This document shows, piece by piece, positions 47,791 to 60,461 of a stretch of 64,000 nucleotides of DNA; the stretch's first letter is position 1; the number at the start of each line of letters is the position of its first letter. The notes under the pieces are model-generated. The model made no database searches. It worked only from the letters and a program-made list of their open reading frames with translations, and was not told the origin of the DNA. A program made the translations under genes and the position numbers. Source of the stretch: Lama glama (taxonomy: Eukaryota); NCBI GenBank assembly GCA_028534125.1, contig CM052816.1, positions 45,138,001 through 45,202,000 of the forward strand, given 5' to 3'.

Positions 47791-50340
47791 TATAAATTAA
47801 CCTAGATTTCTAAATTCTAAAATAAGTAGTGCAATAATACCCTTAATAGACATGAAATAACCTCATTTCTACAGATAATATAGGTTTCATTAGGTAAACA
47901 ACAAAAATCAACCAGCAGAGTTAAGTGGGTTTTAAGAAAACTTCCTTTGAAATTTGCCCCAGGGATTGCTGGTATCTGCGCAAATACAAGGAAAGTATGA
48001 CTTGAACAAATAAGGTCTATCCTTTGGAGTAAAATACTGACACCAGTGGGAATTTCAAGTCCAAAGACAGAAAATGGACACACTGGTCCAAAATTAGGTG
48101 TCTTTGTGGCTTGGCATCTTATATTATTATATGAATATTTTACATAAACAAAAATTCAACTTGCAGATTGCCTTTATTTTTCTCATATAAGTGTAATTCT
48201 TGACTCTATTACACTGGCTGCCCTAGAGCTCATTTAAACTTTGATCTTTAAACCATATATATGCTTAATCTCACCTATATGTTATCTACTTATTATCTGT
48301 TTTTCTTTCGCTGCCTAGAATTGTATTGTTTTCTCAGAGGGCAAGACACGATCTGTGCTGTAAGTTTGATATCTTATAGCACCTTAATGAACACCTTTTG
48401 ATCCATTTTATTTGCTCTGTTGGAAATGTTCACATTTATGACTCAGTTAAATAATGACTCTGATTATTATAATAATATAAAATTAAAACAGTACACAGGG
48501 CATCTCTCCAGGTTTTCAATGTTTAGGAACAATCTTTTCTTGAACTAAAATGAACTCATACTGACACATTGGCAATTTTGGGCTTTTTTGCACTTCTTCT
48601 ATGATGCACTTACTCTGTTTTTTTTTTAACACAGACCTTTACATTTTCCACAAGCTTGCCCAAGTTTCCTGGGAAATTATCTGTCGGATTTTTATTGGAG
48701 CAATAATTAGTGTACTTCATCTTTTCCAATATACATTGCACACTGTAGTCATATTCATCTTCTTGAATGGGTCTGCTTATCTTTCCCAAAGTGGTCTCTC
48801 ATACACTGTTTGCCTTGTTTTCAATTTACCATTAGTATTTTGCTCTTTGAGTTGCCCTGGTTACATGCTGTGTGCTGTTTTTATATTACTAGATTTGTTA
48901 GGCTGTGGTATGAAGGATTTTTGATTGAAAGGTAGGCTCTCGACTTGTAATAGAACTGTAAGCCTGAAGGACATACAGGAAGACAGCAAGCCCCATGTTT
49001 ACCAGCTTTGAAAGTTGCAGCACCCAACACAACTGGATCCAAAGAGAAATACCTTTTTCCAAACCATTTAGCTATTTACTGTTTTTGTTTTGTTATATTG
49101 GGGCTGTGCCTTTGATGACAGATAAATCTAACCCACATTGATCTTTCCCTGCTTTTTTCGCAAGCGTCATTTTTATCTGTTTTATCCATTAACTGTTTTA
49201 TTCTTGCCTCTCACATTATCTCCTTGAAGGTAGCTTCTATTTTTTTTGGTGTTACCCAGTTTTCAGCTGACTGCTCTGTAAGTACAGTCAGCAAGACATA
49301 ATGCATTTAACTGTAAGTATTTAACTCTTTCCCTGCCCATTAGTACAAGCCTTAAGATTACTGCTACTTGAGCATGGTAAGATCACTACTACTTGTTAAG
49401 ACAGGCTGAACTACAAGGTACGGTGCCTGAATTCCAATTCAGTCTTGTCTTAACCAGGATTACCAACGCTGGTAAGCCTATTAACACAGACTGCCAGCAT
49501 CTCATTTCTCCCTGACTTTCTGGTCTGATACAGATCTGGTGGCTTCACTGTCTTCTAGTTATATGCTTGTACCAGTACCTCCAAGGGGAAAGGCAGGGAA
49601 GAGCTGGCGTGTCTTAAGGAGCCAGGCCTGGAAGTGTTCATCCTATGGTCAAAGCTAGTCATGTGGCCCAGGTTTAGCCGTCAGGGAGACTGGGCCACGA
49701 GAGAAGCATGTGAATGTGTTGAAGCCTATGGTCTCTGGTCTTCTAGTCCAAACCTCATTTTTTTTTTTTAACTAAAACTGGGGAAAACCTTAGGAATTTT
49801 CCCATTGTCCCTCCTCTAAGACTGAACAGCCTTAAGAAAGGTCACTGTTTGTCTCCGTGGCAAATGTCATGGGAGGTAACAGACCCAGTGGTGCAGGGTT
49901 TCAATCACGGGTGACGACTGTGTGGACGGCATCTGGGGCTCTGCATTTTAGGGCTCCCACAGGCTTTGTGGACGTTGTACTAGGAGAGCAAGGGCTGGGG
50001 TCGAATCCTAGACTTGGGGCTGCTTGTCGGCTTCTCAGCTGTTCCAGACCTACGATCAGTTAGCCAGTGAATCTTGGCTGCAGTTGTGATAACCTCTCAC
50101 TCTTGAGGTCAAAGTGGGGCTTTGATGCAGGCCTGGGACCATGATTAGAATTGGTTATGATTCCCTTAATATGGCCAGGGTAGCATGCTTTTTTTCAGTG
50201 ATCCGGACTGAGAAGTAAGACTGAATAGATTCAAACATCTAACCAAAAATATGCCATTTTTTTTTCAGGCCTCTGCACTCATCTGAAGGAAAATTAGAGA
50301 CTGAATCAACTACCGTGAAACAGGTATCCTAGGAATAGTC

Positions 50341-50902
50341 TGGAACAGTAATTTATCTCCGCCTCGCTGCCGCCTTGTTGCAGCCTGTTCCCCAAAGTAT
50401 GGTCACAAGATTAGACAGTCTATTAGCCTACCTGCAGTTTTGCTTCGTTGGGAAATTTAAATAACTTCAAGTTAACTGATTTCATTTTCAGTCTGATTTA
50501 AACCCAGCTTACACTGTCCAGCTTAGGGACAGGCAGCTGGCACGTGTGTCGGCAATCGCTCTCCAGGCAGCAATAGTCATCGCAATACTACCGTTCACTC
50601 ACAGCAGGGGTCTCTGAGGAGCTCCAGCAACCAGAATTCTGTTTGGTCGTTAGAAATGCCACCCTTTAATGCGCTCGGGGCGTTGAGAAACAACTGAAAC
50701 ATAACTGTGATGACAGGCAACCGCTTTACGACACGGCTGTTGCATTTTCTCTATTGTTCTACTGGCACAGCATTGGCTACCTCTGTCAGCAGGCTTCTGT
50801 AGCTCGCAGTGATCAAATAAACAGCGGCAGACGGGGTTCTGAGTCTCCTCGGAGACCTGACTAATCCTACAACCTGTCGAACTGCTGTCTTTACATTTAC
50901 GG
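50341..50902. promoter_or_regulatory. Orphan CpG-enriched unique region, candidate enhancer or promoter
   Basis: 22 CpG counted by eye in about 560 bp, against sparse CpG elsewhere. Contains E-box, MEIS, HOX and FOX motifs. Confidence 0.45.
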
Positions 50903-51169
50903 CTTGGCCTTTTTCAGAGACAGAAAATGAACATGACAGGGAAGCTGATGGAAGGAAAACTAGCTGCCAGAGCTTAGAAGCTCTTCTTTTGTCTGTGCTG
51001 TTCAGGAGCTGAATCTCATTCCAAACCATAGTCGTTTCTTTCCCACACCATGAGAACGCATGACTTTTGTTCACATTGGAAGTTACAACTCTGCACAGTG
51101 CCCAGACTTGCTAATTCCTAAAGGGCTATTTCTGGTCCCTACCACCCTCCACAGATCATTTTTGGCTTT

Positions 51170-51496
51170 CTGATTATTTTCTCACAGTTCTGAAGGCTCA
51201 AGTGTGAGATCAGGGCGCCGACACGATCAGGTTCCTGGTCAGGGCCCTCCCCCCGGCTTGCAGATGCTGCCTTCCTGCTGTGTCTCACAGGCAGAGAGAC
51301 AGGCACCAAGCAAGCTCTCTACTGCCTACACTTCTAAGGCATATAATTCCTAATTCTTCATTCTCCTAAGGGCCCTACCCTCATGACCTCTTCTAAACCT
51401 AGTCACTGCCACAAGGCCCATCTCCAAACACCATCACAGTGAGAGTTAGGGCCTCAACGTATGAATCTGGAGCAGGACGCAAACCAGCCTATGACA
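51170..51496 (-). mobile_element. MLT1A-type MaLR LTR
   Basis: 'attttctcacagttctgaaggctcaagtgtgagatcagggcgccg...ccctcatgacctcttctaaacctagtcac...cagcctatgaca'. Confidence 0.85.
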
Positions 51497-51499
51497 CCT

Positions 51500-53075
51500 A
51501 CACAATACACAAATAGGAATATTCCAGTAGTTTCTTGATGCATCTCCCTTTCTTCGCTAAAGCCTATCACCTATTCTCAACAAAGACAGATTTTTGAAAA
51601 ATATAGATCAGATAACATCACTCCCTTGTTCAGAATCCTCTGATGACTTCCAGTCGCACTTAGAAAAAAGCTACTCCATGGGCTACAAGTTTCCATGGGA
51701 TTCAGAGCCCTCTTCCCCTTTCTAGTTCTCACTGTTCACATCACTCCTGCCACACCACGTCCCTGGCCGTTCCTCAGATGGAGCGACACACTTCTCCTTC
51801 AGGGACTTTGCAGCTACTGTCTCCTTGGTCTGGAGCACACTTTTCCAGATCTTTGAATGGCTTGTTTCATGTTTTCATTCTCATCTTCTTAACTGCTGCC
51901 TCGAGGTACTCCTCTTTCTCTCATTCTCTCTAACTATGTATTCTGGTTAATGTAAGTATGGTGTCTTCAAAGCACTTCATATATGACACTTTTTGTTTTC
52001 CTTTATACTCTCAGTGACTGGAACAGTGCCTGGTACTGAATGTAGGTACTGAATGAGCATTTATTACAAAAAAGAAATTAAATATGCACCCATGCCCATG
52101 ACTTCCACATATGTTGTCTTCCTCATCCACCCTTGTGCTTCCCAGCCGTGTAACCCAACTGCCTACTTGCTGTGCCTGCTTGACTATTTCAGAGACATCT
52201 CAAATTAAACATTTCCAAATTGAGTCCTCTAACCCACAAAACCCATATCTTCCCTCATGTTCCTTTTCCTATAGTGGTTCAAGCAAAATCTGAAAGTTCT
52301 CTTTCATTTTTCCTCCTCCTCACCATCTTACATCCAGTCAATTACCAGTCTTATTATTCTATCTCCTACACATCATGATTCAATCTTTTTTGCTCCATCT
52401 TTTCCCCTGCCATCCTTGTCCAAAAATGCCACCATCTCCTGTCTGGAGCACAGCATCTTCCAACAAATCAACCCACTGACATTCTTGGCCCACCTTCCCA
52501 TCTATTTTCTAAGCAGTAGCCAGAGTGATGCTGGGTGTTTACTTTAAAAGCAGTAGTGAATGGGTATTTGGTTCTATTGTGTGCTACTCTGTTGACACTG
52601 CAAGATGATCAACTAAACAGGAGTTTGGGCTCCCCTGGAGATCAGAAATGCTCATCTGCTCATGTAACTATTCTATATAAAATCCTCAAAAATTATCTCT
52701 CATTGCCCTTAGAATAAAGGACAATATCCTTACTAGGCCACTGGGCCCCATGTGGTCTGGCCCTGCTACCTCTCTGGTCTCAGCTTGGGTGACTCTCCTC
52801 CCGCCTCTCTGGGTTCTGGTTCTAACAGCCTCAGAGCTCTTTGAAACTGCCACCTGCCTGCCCTTCAGAGTTTTCATACAGGATCTTCTGTGTCTAGTGA
52901 ACAGCCTGATGTCCTAAGTAACCACTACTTCCTTTAGGCCTTGACTAAAACGTCATTCTTCAAAGATACCTCCCGTGAAACACCTAGTCAAACTGAGTCC
53001 CCCAGTACATTCCTTTCACAGCACTTTCATTCAGTTTTATCACGGATGGTAATTACAGATTTATCTGTAACTGCC
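51500..53075 (+). mobile_element. Tandem L2 fragments
   Basis: Sense L2 patterns 'gataacatcactcccttgttcagaatcctc', 'gaacagtgcctggtac', 'catccagtcaattaccagtc', 'gcagtagccagagtgat'. Confidence 0.7.
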
Positions 53076-54054
53076 CAATACCAAAATGTACAATATACCT
53101 AATAGCTAAGAAAAGAGAGGAGTGTTTCAACCAGAGCTTTCCTTGAAATTGTTTCATTTTCTGTTCAAGAACAAAAGTTTCCTGAAAATTGTATGAAAGA
53201 ATCATGTTTTCAGGTAAGGAACTTACTTGCGTTTAGTCATTTGTCATCAATTGTTCATTTGCAAAGCACATCTTTTAAACCTGTTCCTTATTATGAACTG
53301 CTAATTATAAACAGAAGCATTGGGGTTTTATTATCAAAGTGAAATGCAGCTACACCAAAGTGTGAAGACACATGTGTCTTATCCAGTGATTCAATTCTTT
53401 TTTGCCAAAACTATTTTGCCATATATAACACAGGGCTTTGACAAAGATTTTTAAAACCCCCAATACTATTGTAACAACAATTATTATTTTTACTAACAAC
53501 TACTAAAGGCCACACCTCTAAATCCAGGTGTTTTTAATCAAAATGCAAAAGATAAAGCAGCCAACCCCATAGTCAGAGACAATTCTGGGACCAACCATGA
53601 GGCCAGTCATCACAACTGATTAAATCAAGTTGACAGTCAAAACCAAGAAGATACCTCAATCTAGGAAGGCCGTCTGCCCAGGGCTCATGGACTAATGACT
53701 GTTTAATTTGAATGGTTGAAAAACACAATAGAAAACATCTTGTGATGTGTAAAAACGGAATGAAATACAAATTTCCCACCACTATGCCCATTCATTTACA
53801 TGTTGTCTGTGTCTTCTTTGACAGTCCAATGCAGGGTCAAGTAGTAGCAATGGCATTTTGGGGTGTAATCCTCATTAATGTATTTTACACTGAGAGCTGT
53901 GTACTCACAGATGCAGAGTGAGAAGTTTCACAAACAGCGTGTCTACTGTTCCCTGCTCCATTCTATTTCATTTAAACAACATTCCCAGTGTTATTTCTGA
54001 TTCTGACCCATTAATAATTGCTACTCATAGTTTCACAAAGATTAATTTGCATTT

Positions 54055-54408
54055 GTTTTCTCAATCCTGGTTGCATAATAAATCACCTAGGAAGTTCTTA
54101 GAAAACTACTAGGCCCTGCTTCAGACCAGCCAAATCAACATCTCTGGGCACGTGGGTGTTGTCTTTAAAAAAAAAAAAAAAAAAAAAAGAAGAACAAACA
54201 AACAGCCTCTCAGAACAATCTTATTGAGGAGCCCAAGCTGAGAACTCATCACCTCGCTACTCAAAGCCTGGTCTTCACAACAACAGCATCAACGCTTGGG
54301 AGTTTGTTAGAAATGCAGAATCAACCCAGACCTACTCAATCAGATTCTGCTCTTTTTACAAGATCCCCAGCTAATTTACACGCACATTAAATTGTCAGAA
54401 GCACCAAT
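54055..54408. mobile_element. Two abutting MER5-family elements (the first contains an A22 run)
   Basis: 'tttctcaatcctggttgcata..aatcacctagg' and 'gctactcaaag...tgggagtttgttagaaatgcagaatc..cccagacctactcaatcaga'. Confidence 0.75.
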
Positions 54409-55490
54409 CTAAACCCAGAAAAAGTTTATTCAAGCACCACAGCATTAGGTTGTATTCTCCCTGTTGTCAGCGAAAGGAGAATTCACATATTTGCCTCTGA
54501 CTAGCATTGGATTTGAATCTGCGGGGATAAAATGTGAAACAGCAAAGAATAAAATATGTCCAGAAGGAAAAAAATATGTCGTGGGTGGGAGTTTCTACCT
54601 GTAGGAGGCCATCTAGCTTCAAAAAAGGGGATTCTGAGAACTGGATTTCAAGAATGTAATAGGAGTGACTTTGATGCACCAAACCCAACCAGACATCTCA
54701 ACTGGGTCCATATGTGTTCTAACCCTGCCCGCCTTCTTTTCTGCTGCTGCAATGGGACCTTTACACACCTTTCTGTCATTTCAACCTCTGCACCTGGGCC
54801 AGAACCAGACTGATTTCTAGGAATCAGAGTATCAGCTCTGCTACCATCTATTTGATCAGAAACATCCATGGTTTAGAAACCAAGCTCTCTGGTGCATTTC
54901 GCCCCAGCGAGATCAAAAGCAGAATTTTTTTCTCTGCTTGCTGAATCTGAGGCTTCCCAGGGACACAGTGAGTCACAGAGGAGCCACGGAGGGGTGAGGT
55001 CTCCAGAAACCTACACAAACTCCTTGGCAACTGGAACCTTGGACGGAAAGTTTTCCCTCTGTAATTTCCTCAAGCCTCTTCTACAGTTTAAACTATTTGT
55101 GTTCTCACAGCATTTCCAAATGCTGGTTTTACCCTCCACTGACCTGAGTGATTCTGTTTGGCGCTGTTGTTAACTTTTTAAGTGCTGGTAAGAGACAATC
55201 CTCAATTTAGATTTTTGCTTTGTTTTGTTTTGGGTGGAGAGCAAGGATTTGAGTAGAGGTACAGGATTTAGCAGCAGGCATTGATAGAAATTTAATCAAG
55301 TAATACTAGGTCTAGACATGAGTATTAGAAGCCATCTCTTTTTTCCTACATAGCTCCTTTCCAAAACAAATAATACACAAACAATAAGAAAACAAACAAA
55401 AACCAGATCTAATTTAAAATAACCACATCTGAAGCTCTCTGGAGAGGTTTACACAACTTCTCCCGTGTTTAGAGCGTGCATTTCCCAGGG

Positions 55491-55655
55491 TAGTGGTTCT
55501 CAAAGTGTGGTACCAGGAGAAGCCACTTCACCTGGGAACTTGATAGAAATGTACATTCTTGGGCCTCATCCCAGACCCGCTAAATCAGAAGCTCCGGGGC
55601 CCCGGGGCCAGCCTTCCAGGTGATTCTGAGGCATGCTAACATTTGAGGAGCTCTG
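55491..55655. mobile_element. MER5A DNA transposon with 8-bp TSD
   Basis: Starts 'tagtggttctcaaagtgtggt' and ends 'tttgaggagctctg'. TSD tcccaggg (55483-55490) / ttccaggg (55656-55663). Confidence 0.85.
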
Positions 55656-57229
55656 TTCCAGGGAGTAACTCACACCAGCTATAATTTAAACTGGTCTCAA
55701 ACACAGGTTGAACTTTTTGGAAAACAGCTAGTGACCAACCCTCACAATCCTTGGAAAAAAGCTGATTTCATGAACGAGGATTCTTATTCTGAACATTGAC
55801 AGATTAAGATCAACTTTTTATGGTCACTGAAGCACTTTTCCAGTAAGAGCTTAAAAAGTTGTATACACTTTACCAAGCCTTGTTAATCCACCTCGTGGGT
55901 TGGTCATCTTTTGTTGAAGACGATGTACTCCACTGGACATGAATCTGTCAGAAGGAAGAGAACAAGTTGCTCTCATTTTCAGTTGCCTTGTAACTCCAGT
56001 CCACCAGCTAGATAAATTACTCTCTATTTGGAAGGGATTAAAATACCTCCAAACAAGGAGGCGTTCACCTGTCAGGATGCAGTTAACAGAAAGCAACCTC
56101 TGTCCCCACAGCTAGTGCTTTACAAGCTAAAAGATAAGCGAACCGGCGTACAAATCCAAAGACGCAGCCAATGTCCAAGATATGTTTGCCTGTCGAACCA
56201 TAAAACATGGCCAAGCATGGATTTCTGAACTAAGTGAAGACTGAAAATTGCTGCCCCATCCTCTGGGACAGCAGGAGTTCCTAAAGGAGACCAAACCCAA
56301 CATCAACGTAGGCTCTAGGTAGAAACAGCTTGAGATTACACTCCTGTGTTTGAAGGGTTGCTGATCAGCAACAACAAAGGGATTTGAGGCAAATGATTTT
56401 CCATTTAGAAAGTTTAAGAAACAAAGGTTAAATTTTAATACATGGTTTAGTGGAAAAGCAGATAAATTCCAAGTGGTGAGAATTTCTTCCTTCTTCTCAC
56501 TTTTATATCATGCATTCATCAGTCTCTCACTTGTTTATCCCTTCTTTCACCCTTTTCACACTTGGAGTTCTTGCCTAAGGGACTGAAAATCACCATTGGT
56601 GATGAACATTCTGACTTATAATTATTGATCACCAGGGAAACACAAAAGGTTTGGTTATTTACATGTTGTGTGATCTTGAACAAGTTGATTAAAATTCTTT
56701 TTCCTTATGGGTCTTGTTAGGCATTCTAGACATCCTACCAGCAAGATTTCCTCCTAACAAAGTGGAACATGGTAGGGAAGCCCAGCAAACATTCCTTGGG
56801 GTATTCCCTTTGGCTCTGCAAACAATATCATGATGTCAAATTTCTTTGTTTATTCTAGATACCTTTTCATTCAAAATGTCCAAAAAGGAGTTATACCCCC
56901 ACCTAACAAAACCTCTACTTCTTTATCAGTGTTTACCAGTTTATCAGCATTTAATTCCTATTAATCAAGCTAAGCGTACCTGGTACCCCCTTAACAACCC
57001 GACAAATCCAAGGCACATCACAGTCCTACTCTTTTCCTTTTGTAACATCTTCCTTTACGCCCAGTCCCCTCCCTTTGCCTCATCCTCTTGTCTCTGGACT
57101 ATTACAGTAGTTTGTTGCATAATTTTCCTGCTTTTGGTGTCTTTTACTAGTCCGTCTCGTCTTGATAGTATGATGGGTGGCCAGACAACCTTTAGAACAA
57201 CTTGCATAGGTTTGACTTACTCTACCTTT

Positions 57230-57392
57230 TTATAGTTACATGAACTTGGACGAGTTTCTTCAACACAAGTTAACACCCATCTTTTCATCTGGAAACTGGG
57301 TATTTACAGATATTGTTTGGAAAATTCAGTGATATAATCAATATAAAATACTTACCATACTTAGTTCAGACAAGCACTATCTAAATGCTAGT
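57230..57392 (+). mobile_element. MIR SINE
   Basis: 'aacttggacgagtttcttcaac...ttttcatctggaaactggg...aaatgctagtt'. Confidence 0.65.
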
Positions 57393-58585
57393 TTGTTTTT
57401 TATCCATTGCCCAATCTTACTAAAGCATATTCTATGTCATTGCTCACTCAAAATCCAGAACAGCTTTCAGGATTTCAGAATGTTCATAAGTGGCTGATGA
57501 TTTTATTGGAAAACAGGTGTTCCAGAAATCCCTTAGAGTAGTACCCTTACCTTAAGCAACCATGTCAACTAGTGCAGAAAGGGAAGCTAGTATTTGGATG
57601 CTAATATAGGGGAGAAAAATAAGTAAATCAAAAACACCTCATATTCCAACCAGGAGGACCCGTGTGCTGAGAATCCTCCCCATTTCTTGCAGGTGTTTTT
57701 TCCTCTTTGCCCCCAGCCGACCATTGCTTAAACCTCTGAGTTTACCACTTTAAACCCCCTCAGTGCCCCAACCCATTACAACCTTGTATGTGACTGGGTT
57801 TTTTTTTTTGTATTTTATCTAGTTCCAAGAATTTGAGAAAGCTTACAAAAATGTATATAGCAGGAGAAAAAAATATATAAATAAAATGTATGTATTAAAA
57901 TAAAAAATGTATTCATGTATTACAAGTACATAAATAAAATTTAAATTTAAAATGTAGACAAATGAGCCCTCTTAAAATATAGAATGTTCAAACCAGTCTT
58001 CCCTGTGCATGTGTTTGAACTAGGCCCAATAAAATGCATCTGTCTGTCTGACTAACCTACTCACATATCTGTCTCTGTATTTCCACATCAATAGCTATAT
58101 ATAAATTAGGCAGGCAATGACCCATGGGGTGGGGCCTGGAGATTCAGTTTATGACGTCTGATAATGACCCAAAGTCAATTGTGGATCTATTCAGGTACTC
58201 AAAGTTCTTTCCAAAGGTGAGTCCATTGCTCTACCAAAAATTGGAGAATTTCAGGGGAAAACTGACACTTTGCTTCCTAAATAAACTTTGAAGTTGTTCA
58301 AAATAAAACTAAGTGTCTTTGAATAAATGTTGAAATAGTGGGAAGGACTGCAGGTATTTTAAAATAATCTGAAAGGTTCACAGAAATGTAGATGTGCGGG
58401 GAAGCTACATCTCAGTTTCACAGAAGTTAATTATATGATGAGGTTTGAAACAGATTAGCTGAGGCTTAGAGTAGAGCAAATCTACTTCTCGATATAAAAA
58501 GGAAGTGAACAATACCCTTGCCACACTAATGTAATATAAGTATTATGAGACATAGAAAAACTGTTTTAAATATTCACCATGGGTG

Positions 58586-58716
58586 GGTTGACCAAATGTC
58601 CTATTTTGCCCTGGACAGTCCAGGTTTTTATCTGTTGTCCCAGTGTAATTGTTAGTGGTGGCCCCCTTGATCTTTAAAGTGTCTTGCTTTAAATGATAAA
58701 TTTTATATTCACTCTA
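58586..58716 (-). mobile_element. MER81-like hAT-Blackjack MITE
   Basis: 'gggttgaccaaatgtcctattttgccctggacagtccaggttttta.ctgttgtcccagtgtaattgttagtgg'. Confidence 0.75.
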
Positions 58717-60139
58717 TAAATTTAACTGCATTATAGTCATTGCTTATATTGTTATATATTTTATATGTTGACTGATTAAAATGCTTATTACCCTGATATA
58801 TATAAGCAGAGCTCTAACTGAAACTACCTGCTTGGGTTAGAAACAGGCCAATCTACCTTTCTAAATGGGTGTTGCTTCTAGGAGGTGTCAGGGCTTCACA
58901 ATTTTGTTTTATATATAATGATAACAATTCTGTGTAGATGTGGAAATCCCAGAGTCTGGTAGAAATGACCATTTTGTTCTTTCCATTTGATAAAGCACCT
59001 CTAAAAGACCTCTGGGAAGGGCTAGGGCTGCTGCAGAGGGACAGGACTCCTGGAAACCGGAGGCTAACAGCCTTCCCCTTGAGGGAGGGATGAAGGGGAG
59101 TGTATTAATCTCATACCAGTGCCCTTCACAAATCCTGGAGAGACCGATGTATTGAAAGGCCACAAGCCAACTGTGAAGAGTAATTAAACCCTTAGGTTAG
59201 TTCTCTCAATCCAAATCCCCACTTTTCCATTAAAGTCTTTCCAAGTCCTTGTAACTTTAAGATCTCTCCCACTCATGAGCTATTTAGAAAATCAGTAGAG
59301 ATTTCTGGGAGGCTATAGGGAAAGGGCTTAGAGCCAGTAGAGTTAAATATTTTAGTGGAATATTGCTGACTTGCATGTATAGGGGAACGATCCCTGGCTC
59401 TTAGACAGATGTCTCAGAGACAGCTCTAGTTTGTGCCAGCAAGTCCTTTCTGTGTTTCATAAAACCTAAGTCTCAAGCTATTTTAGAGAAATAACATCCT
59501 CATTTTAATCTCAAACTTCACATGCACTTCAGTGAACAGAGTATCTAAGTGATTACATGAGATGACATGTGCGAACATTCTTTGTAAAGAGGTTATACAA
59601 ATGGAAGACATTATGATGTTAAAATCTCACATGTCTGAGTCCTCCAGATTCCCTGGGGTGCTTGGCCCCAGGATAGCACAGTGTGCAGAGCTGAAATGCA
59701 ACTACACCAGTGGACGTGATGTTTATCCTCCTGCTCAGAGTAGGTGGGTGGGAGGTGGGGCAGGTGTTGCTGCAAGGCTAGAGTGTTCACTTCTCTCTCC
59801 TTTGCAAACTTGTTTTGGCAGTCAGGTGAACTAGCCAAATTCTTCCTAAGACAGTAAGCAGAGGAGGGGTTGGGTCAGGAGTAAATCCTGTTCTATTGAC
59901 CTGATGTTTTTCCCCTCTTTACACAGCAATTTCACTTCAACTTGGGTTGTAATTACCTTTTCTTGATTTCAACATTTATGCTTCTAAAATTGAACTTCTT
60001 GCTCCTAAAGCCCAGAGAGGTAAGTGAAAGGGAAAAAAAATCAAGAAAAAGAAAGACAGAAAAATGAAGATGGAACAGAAAGAAAGCTGGAAGAGAGTAG
60101 AAAGGAAAAGATTGAGATGGAAATTACTATTGGGTAAAG

Positions 60140-60305
60140 ATCTCAATTGTTCTGGGCTTCAGTTTCCTCTTCTGCAACACAGGGATAATCAAGTAAACAG
60201 CTTCTAGGAAACTTGGGAGGATTCTCTAAGATGAAGTATGCAAAGCCCATGAAACAGTGCCTGGTATATCACTAGTAATCAAAAATTGTTATAATATTGT
60301 TATTA
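60140..60305 (+). mobile_element. MIR SINE
   Basis: 'tctgggcttcagtttcctcttctgcaacacagggataat...aacagtgcctggtatat'. Confidence 0.75.
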
Positions 60306-60316
60306 TAAAAGGTATC

Positions 60317-60461
60317 TTTTTTTTGTTTGTTTCTTTTCGGCTTTTTTTTGGCGGGGTGGTAATCAGGTTTTTATTTATTTTTGGTGGAAGTACTGGGAAG
60401 TGAACCCAGGACCTTGTGCACGCTAGGCATACACTCTACCACTGAGCTATACCCTCCTCCC
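60317..60461 (-). mobile_element. Vic-1-type SINE
   Basis: 'ggtaatcaggtttttatttatt..ggaagtactggg..tgaacccaggaccttgtgcacgctaggcatacactctaccactgagctataccctcc'. Confidence 0.9.
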
